Source of the DNA: a virus
Lineage: Duplodnaviria; Caudoviricetes
Direction: 5' to 3' (one strand)
DNA length: 53,378 bases
Virus record (IMG/VR): IMGVR_UViG_3300043398_000164
Span: 1-53,378 of that record
The notes under the pieces: generated by a model
Told to the model about the DNA's origin: nothing
The model's database searches: none
Seen by the model: only the letters and a program-made list of their open reading frames with translations
Shown here: in pieces, positions 18,654-27,981 of the stretch
Layout of the letters: the number at the start of each line of letters is the position of its first letter
How positions within the stretch are numbered: the first letter of the stretch is position 1
Made by a program: the position numbers and the translations under genes

Positions 18654-19079
18654 ATGAGAACCGCCACACGCAAGCCGACCACATCCGCCAGTGTTTACGA
18701 TCAACTCGAATCGTTGTGTCTGCCGCATATCGAGGCTTACCACGCGGACTTGACGACGCACGACCGGAAATTCATTGCCGACAATCCGGACGTGCCGTTT
18801 CTCCACTTCACGCGATCCTGCGGGACGCATATCGCGCCGCTCATTCCCGCCGAGCAGTACCCGCGCAAGGGGGAGCGCATCCCCTACTTGTTTGGCACGG
18901 CCGACCGCGAACACGTCCTTGACGGCACGAAAAGCATCGTTTCCTACGCCGTGCGGAGCGAAGTGACGCAATTGGCCATTTATTACGATGGCGCACGCGT
19001 CAGGGTCATCGAGCCCGCAAAGGCGCTGGAGATTGTGGACCGATACGCGGCCGGCATCCGTCGGCAATGGCAAGCCTAG
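18654..19079 (+). CDS. Early hypothetical protein
   Basis: GGGGAA leader; first gene after the early promoter. Confidence 0.75.
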   Translation: MRTATRKPTTSASVYDQLESLCLPHIEAYHADLTTHDRKFIADNPDVPFLHFTRSCGTHIAPLIPAEQYPRKGERIPYLFGTADREHVLDGTKSIVSYAVRSEVTQLAIYYDGARVRVIEPAKALEIVDRYAAGIRRQWQA

Positions 19080-19165
19080 ATCGACCCCCGTAGGGCGGCG
19101 CCTAGCAAGCGCCCCCCAGCAGCGGCCGACCATCTGACGCCGAGCCTAGTACAAGGGGAAAGACA

Positions 19166-19639
19166 ATGGAAACGACTCAGGTATGCCGCGTGGTATCGTT
19201 TGGACTCGGTGGCCACTCGGAAGATTATTGCTCGCGCAAGTGCGGCTCGCTGCAATATGGCCCATCGTCGTTAAGCGGATACGATCGACCGCACAATTGG
19301 GCGCCTCGCGCCAATACGGACTACTCCCGCGCTGTCGTGATTGACAAGCGCGAAGCCGTCGAGACTCCCGCGGGCTATTCATGGGTCTTTAAGGGGCCGA
19401 TGGTATCGGCGGACCTTGAACCAGGTGAACTCGACGCGCTGCCCGAAGTCTCGCCCATCATGGCCGGTGCAATGGCCGAGAATCCCTATGGCGGACTCTT
19501 GGCCGTCGCCGAGTCGCAGCGTGGCAAGGTACGCGCGGGCGCCCTGGACCACGTTTCCCCAGAAGAGTATGCGGCTGGCTGGCGCGACCATGGCGCGCGT
19601 ATCGGGCGCGTCGAGAGCGGCGCCATTGTTTGGGAGTAA
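19166..19639 (+). CDS. Early hypothetical protein
   Basis: AGGGGAAA leader. Confidence 0.75.
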   Translation: METTQVCRVVSFGLGGHSEDYCSRKCGSLQYGPSSLSGYDRPHNWAPRANTDYSRAVVIDKREAVETPAGYSWVFKGPMVSADLEPGELDALPEVSPIMAGAMAENPYGGLLAVAESQRGKVRAGALDHVSPEEYAAGWRDHGARIGRVESGAIVWE

Positions 19640-19728
19640 CACTACGGCTCGCGCCCCTTGCCAAGCGCCGGGGGCGCATGCCGCGGCCCTTATTTCGAGG
19701 GCCGAGAAAAGTGTTTAGGGGAATCACA

Positions 19729-20292
19729 ATGGCCAAGCAAGTAACGAAAACCGAAACGCTATACCGATTCGATGAATTGGAAGAGTGCGCGCAAGATAAG
19801 GTGCGCGAAATGTTCATGGAAGAATACAACTGGGCCGGCGAGGCAATGGATTCGCTCAAGGCACTGGCCGCGCATTTTGGCGGGCGCTTGGCGGACTGGT
19901 CGATTGACTGGGCCGACTACAACCGAAGCAGCGCCAAGTTTGATATGCCGGAAATGGGCTATGCCGAAGCGCGGGAGTTGATGGAACAACTCGGCAGCTA
20001 CAACCCGCAAACACTCAAGGGCAATGGCGACTGCAAGCTCACGGGCGTTTGCCACGACGAGGATGCGATTGACGGCGCGCGGCAATGGCTTTACGCGCAA
20101 CCTCTTCCCCCCGCACCTGAGGACGACGAGGACGACGAGACAATCGACCTTGGCGAAATGATGGACGAGGCTTTTGATTCTTGGATGCGTGCGTGCAGCC
20201 GCGACTATGAATCGCAAGGGGATGATGAACAAGTGCGCGACTCGTGCGAGGCTAACGACTACTGGTTTTACGCCAACGGTCGGTTGGCTTAG
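19729..20292 (+). CDS. Acidic early protein
   Basis: TAGGGGAA leader; LYRFDEL...EANDYWFYANG pattern; Asp/Glu-rich. Confidence 0.8.
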   Translation: MAKQVTKTETLYRFDELEECAQDKVREMFMEEYNWAGEAMDSLKALAAHFGGRLADWSIDWADYNRSSAKFDMPEMGYAEARELMEQLGSYNPQTLKGNGDCKLTGVCHDEDAIDGARQWLYAQPLPPAPEDDEDDETIDLGEMMDEAFDSWMRACSRDYESQGDDEQVRDSCEANDYWFYANGRLA

Positions 20293-20385
20293 CGGACCGC
20301 AACAGAGCGCGCCTAGCTCCGGCTCGGCGCGCTTAGTCGCGGCCCTCACTCCGAGGATCGTAACCAAGTACTAGGGGAAACTACC

Positions 20386-20868
20386 GTGCGAACGAAACGC
20401 AAGCGCGGCGCGCGAGGATCAACGCGACCGCACAATCCGGCAATGCTAGCGGCCAAACGAGCCGCCCGTGCATTGGGAATCAATTGGGCTGACGTGTGCG
20501 AAGAGCGCGACCGATTACGCGCCGACGACTGCGCGCAGCGCGACTATCTGGAAACGGCGCGGCAGATCGCGTGGAGCTCGTTTGGGGGTCATCCGGCATT
20601 TTGGCGGAATGGCTTTTCTAAGCGGTTCGGCGCGAGAATGGCCAGGGGCGCCGATTACACCGTGATTCGCGGCCACGACGAAATAGCCTCGGCCGTGCGG
20701 TGCAGCGTGCCGGAGTTTGCCGACGTGGAAACCGGCGAGCTATTCGAGCTGCTGCTGGCGCCGTATGAGCCGCGCACGAGTACCGATGCGCTCTACACAA
20801 TGGCTTTGGCGAATGTTCTCGCCGGCCGGGCGCGCGTCGCGCTCCACACCAATCCGCAACCGTTCTAG
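20386..20868 (+). CDS. Early hypothetical protein
   Basis: TAGGGGAAA leader. Confidence 0.7.
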   Translation: MRTKRKRGARGSTRPHNPAMLAAKRAARALGINWADVCEERDRLRADDCAQRDYLETARQIAWSSFGGHPAFWRNGFSKRFGARMARGADYTVIRGHDEIASAVRCSVPEFADVETGELFELLLAPYEPRTSTDALYTMALANVLAGRARVALHTNPQPF

Positions 20869-20877
20869 GGGAAAATC

Positions 20878-21135
20878 ATGGTCACAATTCACAGTAACCG
20901 CGAAGGTTGGTTCGCCAACGACGATGAAACGGGCGCGACCACCGAGTACTATCCGAGCCGCGATAGCGTGCGGCTGGCGCTGGCGCATGACGCCGTAGCG
21001 TTTAGTGGGGGATTTGAGTTGCGAAACGATCCGCCCGCGCCCAAGCGCCAGCGGTTTGAGAATGGGGATCAAACGCGACAAAAAGTGTTGATCGAGGGTA
21101 TGGCGTGTCTGCCGAATCAACTAGACCTGTTTTAA
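20878..21135 (+). CDS. Early hypothetical protein ending QLDLF
   Basis: TAGGGGAAA leader; C-terminal QLDLF matches the beta-clamp-binding consensus QL[SD]LF. Confidence 0.7.
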   Translation: MVTIHSNREGWFANDDETGATTEYYPSRDSVRLALAHDAVAFSGGFELRNDPPAPKRQRFENGDQTRQKVLIEGMACLPNQLDLF

Positions 21136-21145
21136 GGGGATTACC

Positions 21146-21466
21146 ATGAAAATCGACCAGGAAATCCGCGAGTATCTCGCCGATCGCTACGACTGCGATC
21201 CCAACACGGACATTGAGACAGAGGGGCAGCACGTGCATGTAACGGCCATCATGCCCAACACCAGCGAATACGGGCAGTTTTACGCGGGCGATTTGGCGGA
21301 CATCCAGCGCGATCTAGAGAGCGACCGGTACACGAAAGACAAGCAAGCCTATCGCTGGGCCTGCGATCAACAGGGATTTGTTGGCAACTACGAAAAATGG
21401 GTTTGCTTGCCGGCCGAAGAACGCGCCGAGTATGAGGCCGGCGCAGCAGGATTTGGAACGATCTAA
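21146..21466 (+). CDS. Acidic early hypothetical protein
   Basis: AAGGGGA leader. Confidence 0.75.
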   Translation: MKIDQEIREYLADRYDCDPNTDIETEGQHVHVTAIMPNTSEYGQFYAGDLADIQRDLESDRYTKDKQAYRWACDQQGFVGNYEKWVCLPAEERAEYEAGAAGFGTI

Positions 21467-21555
21467 CGCCCCCAGCTCCGGGGCCGTGGCAACACGACCC
21501 CGGGGACAGTGGACGTTGCTTTGACGGACACGCTAAGTGCTAGGGGAATCGAACC

Positions 21556-21870
21556 ATGAACGCGAAACATACGCCGGGACCGTGGAGCGTACACGGAGAC
21601 TCGCATACGCTGATCGGCGCCGACGATGGCAAGATGATGTTGGCCAGTGCGTTTCACAAGCACGCTGTATGCGAGTGGCAACGCACGCAAGCCGAGGCAC
21701 AAGCTAACGCCCGCCTGATCGCAGCCGCGCCGGAACTGCTGGCCGCGCTGCAATTGGCGTGGAAGTATTACAACGATCCGACCTATCAGGACGACTTGAC
21801 GGAAATTGCTTTCGCCGATGACGTAGTGGCCGCGCTGGAGAAGGCCACCGGCGAGCCGTGCGAAGTCTAA
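21556..21870 (+). CDS. Phage protein of the KHTPGPW...ANARLIAAAPELL type
   Basis: Recognisable widespread phage motif; TAGGGGAA leader. Confidence 0.8.
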   Translation: MNAKHTPGPWSVHGDSHTLIGADDGKMMLASAFHKHAVCEWQRTQAEAQANARLIAAAPELLAALQLAWKYYNDPTYQDDLTEIAFADDVVAALEKATGEPCEV

Positions 21871-21962
21871 TCGCCCCCCGGCGCATCGGCCGCGCAGGTT
21901 GTGCGACCGATCGCCAGCGGGCGCCAGTTCGGCGAACGTGCTTTGTAATGGGGAAATGAGCC

Positions 21963-22184
21963 ATGAACGCCAGCGACATTGAAACTATTACGGCGATTTC
22001 ACACGGATGGTTAGCTTTTCCAGATGAGTCCCGCGGCAATGGGTGGCACAAGTATCGTCGCAGAAACACAAGCCTCTGGCACACCGGACGCATTTGGGTA
22101 TCTGCTGAACTCAATGACGGAAAATACGAGAACCACCGCAAGTACGATACATTCGCCGAGGCGATTGAAGGGGAGGGAAACTAA
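21963..22184 (+). CDS. Hypothetical protein
   Basis: GGGGAAA leader. Confidence 0.65.
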   Translation: MNASDIETITAISHGWLAFPDESRGNGWHKYRRRNTSLWHTGRIWVSAELNDGKYENHRKYDTFAEAIEGEGN

Positions 22185-22185
22185 C

Positions 22186-22704
22186 ATGACAATCCTTGAC
22201 CTACTCGACAAGATCGACGAGACAGCGCCGCGAAGTTGCCAGACATGCGTATTTATGGCGACGCACGAGAAGTGCGACAACTGCCTCTGCGATCCTGGCG
22301 ATTACCAGATGAAGCCGCGGCCAGAGTTTCGCTATCGACACTGGACGCCGGGCAATTGGCTGCGCCATGGGCACGAGGCGCAACTAGCGGGAAAGAAAAA
22401 CATCGTTGTTGGCGGCATCGGTGAGGCCGAGGTTAACGCAAACGCTACGCCCGCCGAGGCCGCGAAGCACTTGAACTACACGGCCGGCGAGTGCGGGTAC
22501 TATTCCGAGAACCTGACCCGTAGCGAAGTGTTCGACGTGAAATACAACGCCGTTGTGACCGAGGCCCGCAAGCATTACCACACGTCAGAAGGGCATTTTC
22601 TGATTGTGTGGATCAATGAGCGGCTCGACCGCATCGACCGCATTGGAAACGAAGGTCAAGTCGCTTGCACAACCTGGAGCCGGCACACACCACTGCCGGA
22701 ATAG
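22186..22704 (+). CDS. Cys-containing hypothetical protein
   Basis: GGAGGGAAA leader, start MTILDLL; CxxC...CxxC. Confidence 0.65.
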   Translation: MTILDLLDKIDETAPRSCQTCVFMATHEKCDNCLCDPGDYQMKPRPEFRYRHWTPGNWLRHGHEAQLAGKKNIVVGGIGEAEVNANATPAEAAKHLNYTAGECGYYSENLTRSEVFDVKYNAVVTEARKHYHTSEGHFLIVWINERLDRIDRIGNEGQVACTTWSRHTPLPE

Positions 22705-22705
22705 T

Positions 22706-23041
22706 GTGGAACTTTCCGACTACGAGAAACGCAAGGCGGTTACGATCCTTGAGCGGATTGACGCCGTGGTCGATGTTATTTACAGCGACATGCCGACCAC
22801 GGCAGAGCTTGGCGCCGCGTTCGAGGCGTTGGCCGACGCGGCTGGATTGCTTGACAAGTTTTGTCGGATGTACGGAATCAATCACAATTGGAAGGGAAAC
22901 GACCATGACATTCGGAGAAGCGTGCGGGCGATCTGCTGTCCGCTCTGCGGTCAGACGCAAATCAGACCCGGCAAAGAAATACTGGAAAAACGACCCGATC
23001 AGTCTCCTAATGCGCGTCCCTCTCCAAGATCAGATGGCTGA
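22706..23041 (+). CDS. Hypothetical protein
   Basis: GTG start right after the upstream stop; overlaps an alternative ORF 22905-23108. Confidence 0.45.
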   Translation: MELSDYEKRKAVTILERIDAVVDVIYSDMPTTAELGAAFEALADAAGLLDKFCRMYGINHNWKGNDHDIRRSVRAICCPLCGQTQIRPGKEILEKRPDQSPNARPSPRSDG

Positions 23042-23192
23042 CGACTGGGAGGAATACGACCCACGCGAACACGAAGAGTGCGCGGAGTTCAACGAAACCC
23101 CCGCCTAACCAAGTCCCCGGCGGACCCCCTCCGCGCACGTAGCCGCTTGTAGCGGCCAGCGACGCGGGGCGGGGCCGCTTTACTGGTGCGAT

Positions 23193-23894
23193 ATGCGAAA
23201 CGCAATCATTTACTTGAGGGTTAGCACCAAGGGCCAGGCCGAGAATGGCGTGAGCTTCGCAGATGGCGACGACTCCGGCTTTCAGGAGATGAAATGCCGT
23301 GAACTCTGCGAGCGCAAGGGGTGGATCATCCAAGGGGTCCACGGCGACCCAGTGAGCGGGCGCCGGATGCACAACCGGCCAGGACTCAAGGCAGCACTAG
23401 CCGGCGTCTGTGCGTGTCGTGGCGTGCTGGTGTTCTATTCCGTCTCTCGGCTAGCGCGCTCGACCCGCGACCTATGCAACATTGCCGCTGAGCTTGAGGA
23501 GCACCGGGCGCACTTCGCCAGCGCGACCGAGGATTTTGATACGACCACCGCAATGGGCCGGGCATTCTTCGGAATTCTTGGCGTGCTGGCGCAGCTCGAA
23601 TCCGATCAAACAGGCGAGCGCGTCAAAGCGGCCAACGCGCATATCGTCGCGCAACTGGGCTATCGCACATTCGGCGAGCAGCGATATGGGTGGACGATTA
23701 AGGCCGGCGTGCGCGTTGAAGTACCCGAGGAACAGGCCCACATTCGCAGCGTGCTAGCAGTCGTGGAACAAAACGGCCGCTCGCCGGAAGGGATTTGCGA
23801 GTACCTCAATGGGGCCGGCATCACCACGCCCAAGGGGCTGATGTGGACGCCGAAGCGCTTGGGGCGGTTTGTCGCCACGCACCACAACTTATAG
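23193..23894 (+). CDS. Serine recombinase (resolvase catalytic domain plus short recombinase-type C-terminus)
   Basis: YLRVSTKGQ catalytic Ser, SG..NRPGL, SRLARS, DTTTAMGRAFFGILGVLAQLE. Confidence 0.92.
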   Translation: MRNAIIYLRVSTKGQAENGVSFADGDDSGFQEMKCRELCERKGWIIQGVHGDPVSGRRMHNRPGLKAALAGVCACRGVLVFYSVSRLARSTRDLCNIAAELEEHRAHFASATEDFDTTTAMGRAFFGILGVLAQLESDQTGERVKAANAHIVAQLGYRTFGEQRYGWTIKAGVRVEVPEEQAHIRSVLAVVEQNGRSPEGICEYLNGAGITTPKGLMWTPKRLGRFVATHHNL

Positions 23895-23929
23895 CGTAGT
23901 GTTGTGCTAAGAATTCGACTCGATACAAT
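23883..23929 (+). promoter_or_regulatory. Putative middle promoter with CACAAC/GTTGTG inverted repeat
   Basis: TTGTGC-16 nt-TACAAT; CACAAC (23883) and GTTGTG (23901) match the half-sites at the early promoter. Confidence 0.5.
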
Positions 23930-24131
23930 ACGGGCATGTCACGCCGCCCGACCAGCAACGCACACTAAATCCCGCCGCGCGGGGGTCGTTCTGCCAGGGC
24001 TGCGTGACAACAACTCTCGGCTCCGATCCCCCGCGGCATTTACAACCCACCCCCCCGCCCCTCGCTGTTATCAGGGCAGCGAGCCAGGCAGCCGCTCTTG
24101 TGGAGCGGCGGGGATTTTATTCGAGGCACTC

Positions 24132-24941
24132 ATGTGTAATTTTCTCAGCGGCATCGCATTCAAGAACGGCGACGTAACGTGTCTCCCCGAGTACACGCAC
24201 TCGCACAGTGACCTCATCCGACACTTATGCCTCATCGATGAGAATCCAGAACTTCGCTCGTGGTGTCGCGTGGAATTCTCCCCGCCGGCGGCGCATGAAC
24301 TCGACGAAGTAGACAAGTACAAGCTGATCGTCGACGACGTGGCCCCATCATGGTGGGCCGACGTGCAAGAGGGCGTCGAAAAGAACATGCGGCGGATCGT
24401 GACGCAAATCATCATCGCCGAGGACCGCGATTTCGTGCTGGGCGGTTTCTGGATCGTTGGCAAGGGAATCAAGATCAACGTCGCCAAAGCGGCGCGCATC
24501 CATGTGATGTTGGACTCCTCGCAGGTCGGCAAGATGTTGGGCTCCTCGCATGTCGGCGAGATGCGGGGCTCCTCGCAGGTCGGCAAGATGTGGGACTCCT
24601 CGCAGGTCGGCGAGATGTGGGGCTCCTCGCATGTCGGCGAGATGCGGGGCTCCTCGCAGGTCGGCGAGATGTTGGGCTCCTCGCAGGTCGGCGAGATGTG
24701 GGACTCCTCGCAGGTCGGCAAGATGTGGGGCTCCTCGCAGGTCGGCAAGATGTGGGACTCCTCGCAGGTCGGCGAGATGTTGGGCTCCTCGCAGGTCGGC
24801 GAGATGTTGGACTCCTCGCAGGTCGGCAAGATGTGGGGCTCCTCGCATGTCGGCGAGATGCGGGACTCCTCGCAGGTCGGCGAGATGTGTGGCTCCTCGC
24901 ATGTGCGTTGTGACAAACGCAACGGGTCTAAACGCAACTAA
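24132..24941 (+). CDS. Beta-solenoid repeat protein (15 x 9-aa repeats)
   Basis: GAGG RBS, start MCNFLSG...HSHSDLI; C-terminal M[LWR][DG]SS[QH]VG[KE] repeats. Confidence 0.85.
   Translation: MCNFLSGIAFKNGDVTCLPEYTHSHSDLIRHLCLIDENPELRSWCRVEFSPPAAHELDEVDKYKLIVDDVAPSWWADVQEGVEKNMRRIVTQIIIAEDRDFVLGGFWIVGKGIKINVAKAARIHVMLDSSQVGKMLGSSHVGEMRGSSQVGKMWDSSQVGEMWGSSHVGEMRGSSQVGEMLGSSQVGEMWDSSQVGKMWGSSQVGKMWDSSQVGEMLGSSQVGEMLDSSQVGKMWGSSHVGEMRDSSQVGEMCGSSHVRCDKRNGSKRN
24507..24911 (+). repeat. 27-bp coding tandem repeat, 15 copies
   Basis: Consensus ATG YKG GRC TCC TCG CAK GTC GGC RAG. Confidence 0.95.
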
Positions 24942-24953
24942 CACGAGGCACGC

Positions 24954-25271
24954 ATGAGCACCGGATTCCCCGCGAACTTCTCCAACTACCCGCCAGGCGT
25001 CACGCACGAGCCGAACGACGGATACGACTCGCTCTGTGCTGACATTGAAGCGGCGATTACGTACGCCATTCGCCGAGCCGTGATGGGGTCCGGCGTCAAG
25101 CTCGCCGGTCAGATCGTGCAGGTGGAGCGCGTCGAGACCGTTCCGTTCTGCGACCGCAAGGAGATTATGGTCCGGCCGTGTTTCGTGTTGACGCGAGACG
25201 GCGGCGACCTGGACGAGATTGTGGCGCACGTCGGGTGTGCGTTGGCGGAAGTGTTTTCTCGCGTTCAGTAG
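24954..25271 (+). CDS. Hypothetical protein (SNYPPGV motif)
   Basis: GAGG RBS. Confidence 0.7.
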   Translation: MSTGFPANFSNYPPGVTHEPNDGYDSLCADIEAAITYAIRRAVMGSGVKLAGQIVQVERVETVPFCDRKEIMVRPCFVLTRDGGDLDEIVAHVGCALAEVFSRVQ

Positions 25272-25288
25272 GTCGAAGGATCATCTCA

Positions 25289-25921
25289 ATGGAAGCGTGT
25301 CTTAGCAAGGTTTGTATTTCATGCAAGCAATTACTTCCATTTGAAGAGTTCGGAAATGCCTCGAACAATAAGAACGGAAAGAAGGGTTCGTGCAAGGAGT
25401 GTTCACGCAAGCGATTGAAAGCGTGGTGCCAGAAGAACAGGGATTACTACAACAGAAGGCAGCGTGAATATCGTGAAAGGCGACGACAGGAAGGGAATCC
25501 AGTTAAGGGCAGATACATTCAGTCGATTTGGTGGGCAATGGTATCTAGATGCCACAACCCAAAAGACAAATGGTTCAAGGACTATGGAGGCAGGGGCATT
25601 GTTGTTTGCGATCGGTGGCGGAATTCTTCAGCAGACTTTGAGTCTGACATGGGGCCGCGTCCTACCAGTAAGCACTCTATCGACCGCATTGATAACGACG
25701 GTAACTACGAACCCGGCAACTGTCGGTGGGCGACTGAGTTTCAGCAAAAGCGCAACACTAGAAAAACGGTGATGCTTACTTATGGCGGCATAACGATGTG
25801 CCAATTGGATTGGGCTAAAAAGGTTGGCATGTCCAACGCAGCACTGATACGAAGGCTGCGGCGAATGTCGGTTGAGATGGCCCTGACAATCCCACCTAAA
25901 CGCACCAAGGTGCAGCGATGA
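25289..25921 (+). CDS. Free-standing HNH homing endonuclease
   Basis: N-terminal CxxC..CxxC; WWAMVSRC..YGGRGIVVCDRW..SIDRIDNDGNYEPGNCRWAT; AT-richer than flanks. Confidence 0.9.
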   Translation: MEACLSKVCISCKQLLPFEEFGNASNNKNGKKGSCKECSRKRLKAWCQKNRDYYNRRQREYRERRRQEGNPVKGRYIQSIWWAMVSRCHNPKDKWFKDYGGRGIVVCDRWRNSSADFESDMGPRPTSKHSIDRIDNDGNYEPGNCRWATEFQQKRNTRKTVMLTYGGITMCQLDWAKKVGMSNAALIRRLRRMSVEMALTIPPKRTKVQR

Positions 25922-26262
25922 GCGAACCGAAGTTTAGCCAAGTGTCTTGCGTTGGATTCCCGCCTCCTAAGTCGTGGGACGATTATGACGAAGGCTGCCA
26001 GTTGACCTACAGCGGCGGCCACCACGAGAAGGAAGCACGCGACGCATTCAAGCATGGCATGGGGACCGTGTTCAATCTGCTGCGAGCAGAATTCCCGCCC
26101 GCCGAAATGTGCAAAGCCGCCCCAGCCCTGTACGCCGCGTGCCAAGCACTTGTGAAACAAATCCGCGACTACCAGTACGACCCTGACGCGGTGTTGTTCT
26201 TGCCTGACCCGCAAACTGTAGCCAACGCCGAACACGCCCTCGCCCTCGCCAACCCGCAGTAG
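25918..26262 (+). CDS. Hypothetical protein
   Basis: ATGA overlap with the HNH gene. Confidence 0.7.
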   Translation: MSEPKFSQVSCVGFPPPKSWDDYDEGCQLTYSGGHHEKEARDAFKHGMGTVFNLLRAEFPPAEMCKAAPALYAACQALVKQIRDYQYDPDAVLFLPDPQTVANAEHALALANPQ

Positions 26263-26266
26263 AGCC

Positions 26267-27163
26267 ATGAGCACCTTATTCATCACGCAACCAACAGCCG
26301 TCTACACGACGCGAGATGCGTGGCGTCGCGCTCGTCAGTCGTTCATCGGCGCGAGCGATGCCGCGGCTATCTGGGGCGTCTCCGGTTATTCATCGCCCTA
26401 TGCGTGCTGGTATCACAAGGTGACGCCGCTGGAGCAAGAGGAATCGGACATCCTGCAACGCATCGGTCACGCCCTGGAGCCGCTGATTACTGAACTGTTC
26501 CACGAGGCGACTGGCGTTGAGGTCTATGACCCCGGCGACTTCGCCGTTTATCGGCACCGCGAAGTCGAGTGCATGGGCTGCACGCCAGACCGACTGACCT
26601 ACGATGGCTCGGCAATTGTCGAACTCAAGACGGCAGGCTTTGGCGCTGCGGACGAGTGGAAGACACGCATCCCGCTCGCGTACCAAACACAACTCCAGCA
26701 CGCGATGCTCTGCGTTGGCGTCGAGCGTGCATACATCGCGGTCCTGATTAACAGCACGCAATTTAAGCACCACGAGATGCATCTGTCGCCGAACTTCGCA
26801 CGGCGGCATATCGCCAAGTGCAAGGCGTTTTGGGAACAGCATGTTTTAACCAAGGAAGCGCCGCCGCCGGACTGGTCGCACGCGACTTCACAGGCGCTGG
26901 CCAAGCAGTTCATGGCGAGTCGCCGCAAGGTGGTTGACCTGCCGGTTGAGTTCGACGGCATCGGCGCACGCTACGACCGAATATCAAAGTTCATCGCGGC
27001 GGCTGAACGACACCAGAACGAAATCAAGAACCGCGTGAAAGCGGTGATGGGCGAGAACGAATTGGGACGGCTGCCAACAGGCGATGGTTTCGCCTGGGCG
27101 GGCAAGAACGGTTCGCGGCGGTTTACTCGAAAGGCTAAGGAAATTCATGGCGACCTCGAATAA
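26267..27163 (+). CDS. YqaJ-like viral recombinase / exonuclease
   Basis: WRRARQSFIGASDAAAIWG, GHALEP, CTPDRL, VELKT, YQTQLQH. Confidence 0.92.
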   Translation: MSTLFITQPTAVYTTRDAWRRARQSFIGASDAAAIWGVSGYSSPYACWYHKVTPLEQEESDILQRIGHALEPLITELFHEATGVEVYDPGDFAVYRHREVECMGCTPDRLTYDGSAIVELKTAGFGAADEWKTRIPLAYQTQLQHAMLCVGVERAYIAVLINSTQFKHHEMHLSPNFARRHIAKCKAFWEQHVLTKEAPPPDWSHATSQALAKQFMASRRKVVDLPVEFDGIGARYDRISKFIAAAERHQNEIKNRVKAVMGENELGRLPTGDGFAWAGKNGSRRFTRKAKEIHGDLE

Positions 27164-27905
27164 CGGCGGGCAATTGGCGGTGACGCAACCGCAACAGAAA
27201 CTCGTCAATGCCGGGCAACGCGGGCTTGTGCTCGGCGACATGGACGCGATGTGGCGATTCGCTGGGGCAATCTCAGCGAGCGGCGTGGCTCCGCGTGGAC
27301 TCAAGACGCGTGAACAGATTCTTGTGGCGCTCCAGTACGGCGCTGAGCTCGGACTGCGACCGATGCAGGCGATGGCGTCTGTCATGGTAATCAACGGGCG
27401 TCCTGCCCTGTACGGCGATGGGATGCTGGCGGTGGCGCAGGCGAGCGGGTTTCTCGTTGACATCAAGGAATCACTGGAGGGCAACCCGGACAAGCTAGAG
27501 ACGCTGGCGGCGGTCTGCGAAGTGAAACGACTAGGACGCCCGACGCCTTCGCTGTGTCGCTTCTCGTGGAAGGATGCCCAGCGTGCGGGCCTGTCTGGCA
27601 AGGACCTCTACAAGCAGCACCCCGGCCGGATGCTCAAAGCCCGTGCCCGTGCGTTCGCGTTGCGTGATGCCTTCCCGGACGTGCTGTGCGGCGTGCTATC
27701 GACGGACGAGGCTGACGACCTGCCGGCGGATGGCGCGTCGCCGGTATTTGTTGACGGGGCGACGCAAGCGCCGACGGACCTGGAGACGCTAATGCAAACG
27801 GACGCCGTCGTGGAAGGCGAAGTCGTGGACGATACGCCAGCCACAAGCGGCGAGTTATTCGACGAACCCGACATGATGGACCTGCCAGTGCAGGAGTGGA
27901 AGTGA
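27147..27905 (+). CDS. RecT/Redbeta-like single-strand annealing protein
   Basis: GAELGLRPMQA..VINGRPALYGD..RMLKARARAFALRDAFPDVLCG; acidic tail; follows YqaJ. Confidence 0.85.
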   Translation: MATSNNGGQLAVTQPQQKLVNAGQRGLVLGDMDAMWRFAGAISASGVAPRGLKTREQILVALQYGAELGLRPMQAMASVMVINGRPALYGDGMLAVAQASGFLVDIKESLEGNPDKLETLAAVCEVKRLGRPTPSLCRFSWKDAQRAGLSGKDLYKQHPGRMLKARARAFALRDAFPDVLCGVLSTDEADDLPADGASPVFVDGATQAPTDLETLMQTDAVVEGEVVDDTPATSGELFDEPDMMDLPVQEWK

Positions 27906-27981
27906 ATTAGCCATCGCAGACCGGCGCGCAGGTACGCGAGCCGGCAGGAATCTTTTGGCAACGGATTCACGGAGGCTTGCC

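Noticed and set aside
24507-24911. CRISPR array
   Set aside because: Repeats are contiguous with no unique spacers, keep a reading frame, and no cas genes were seen.
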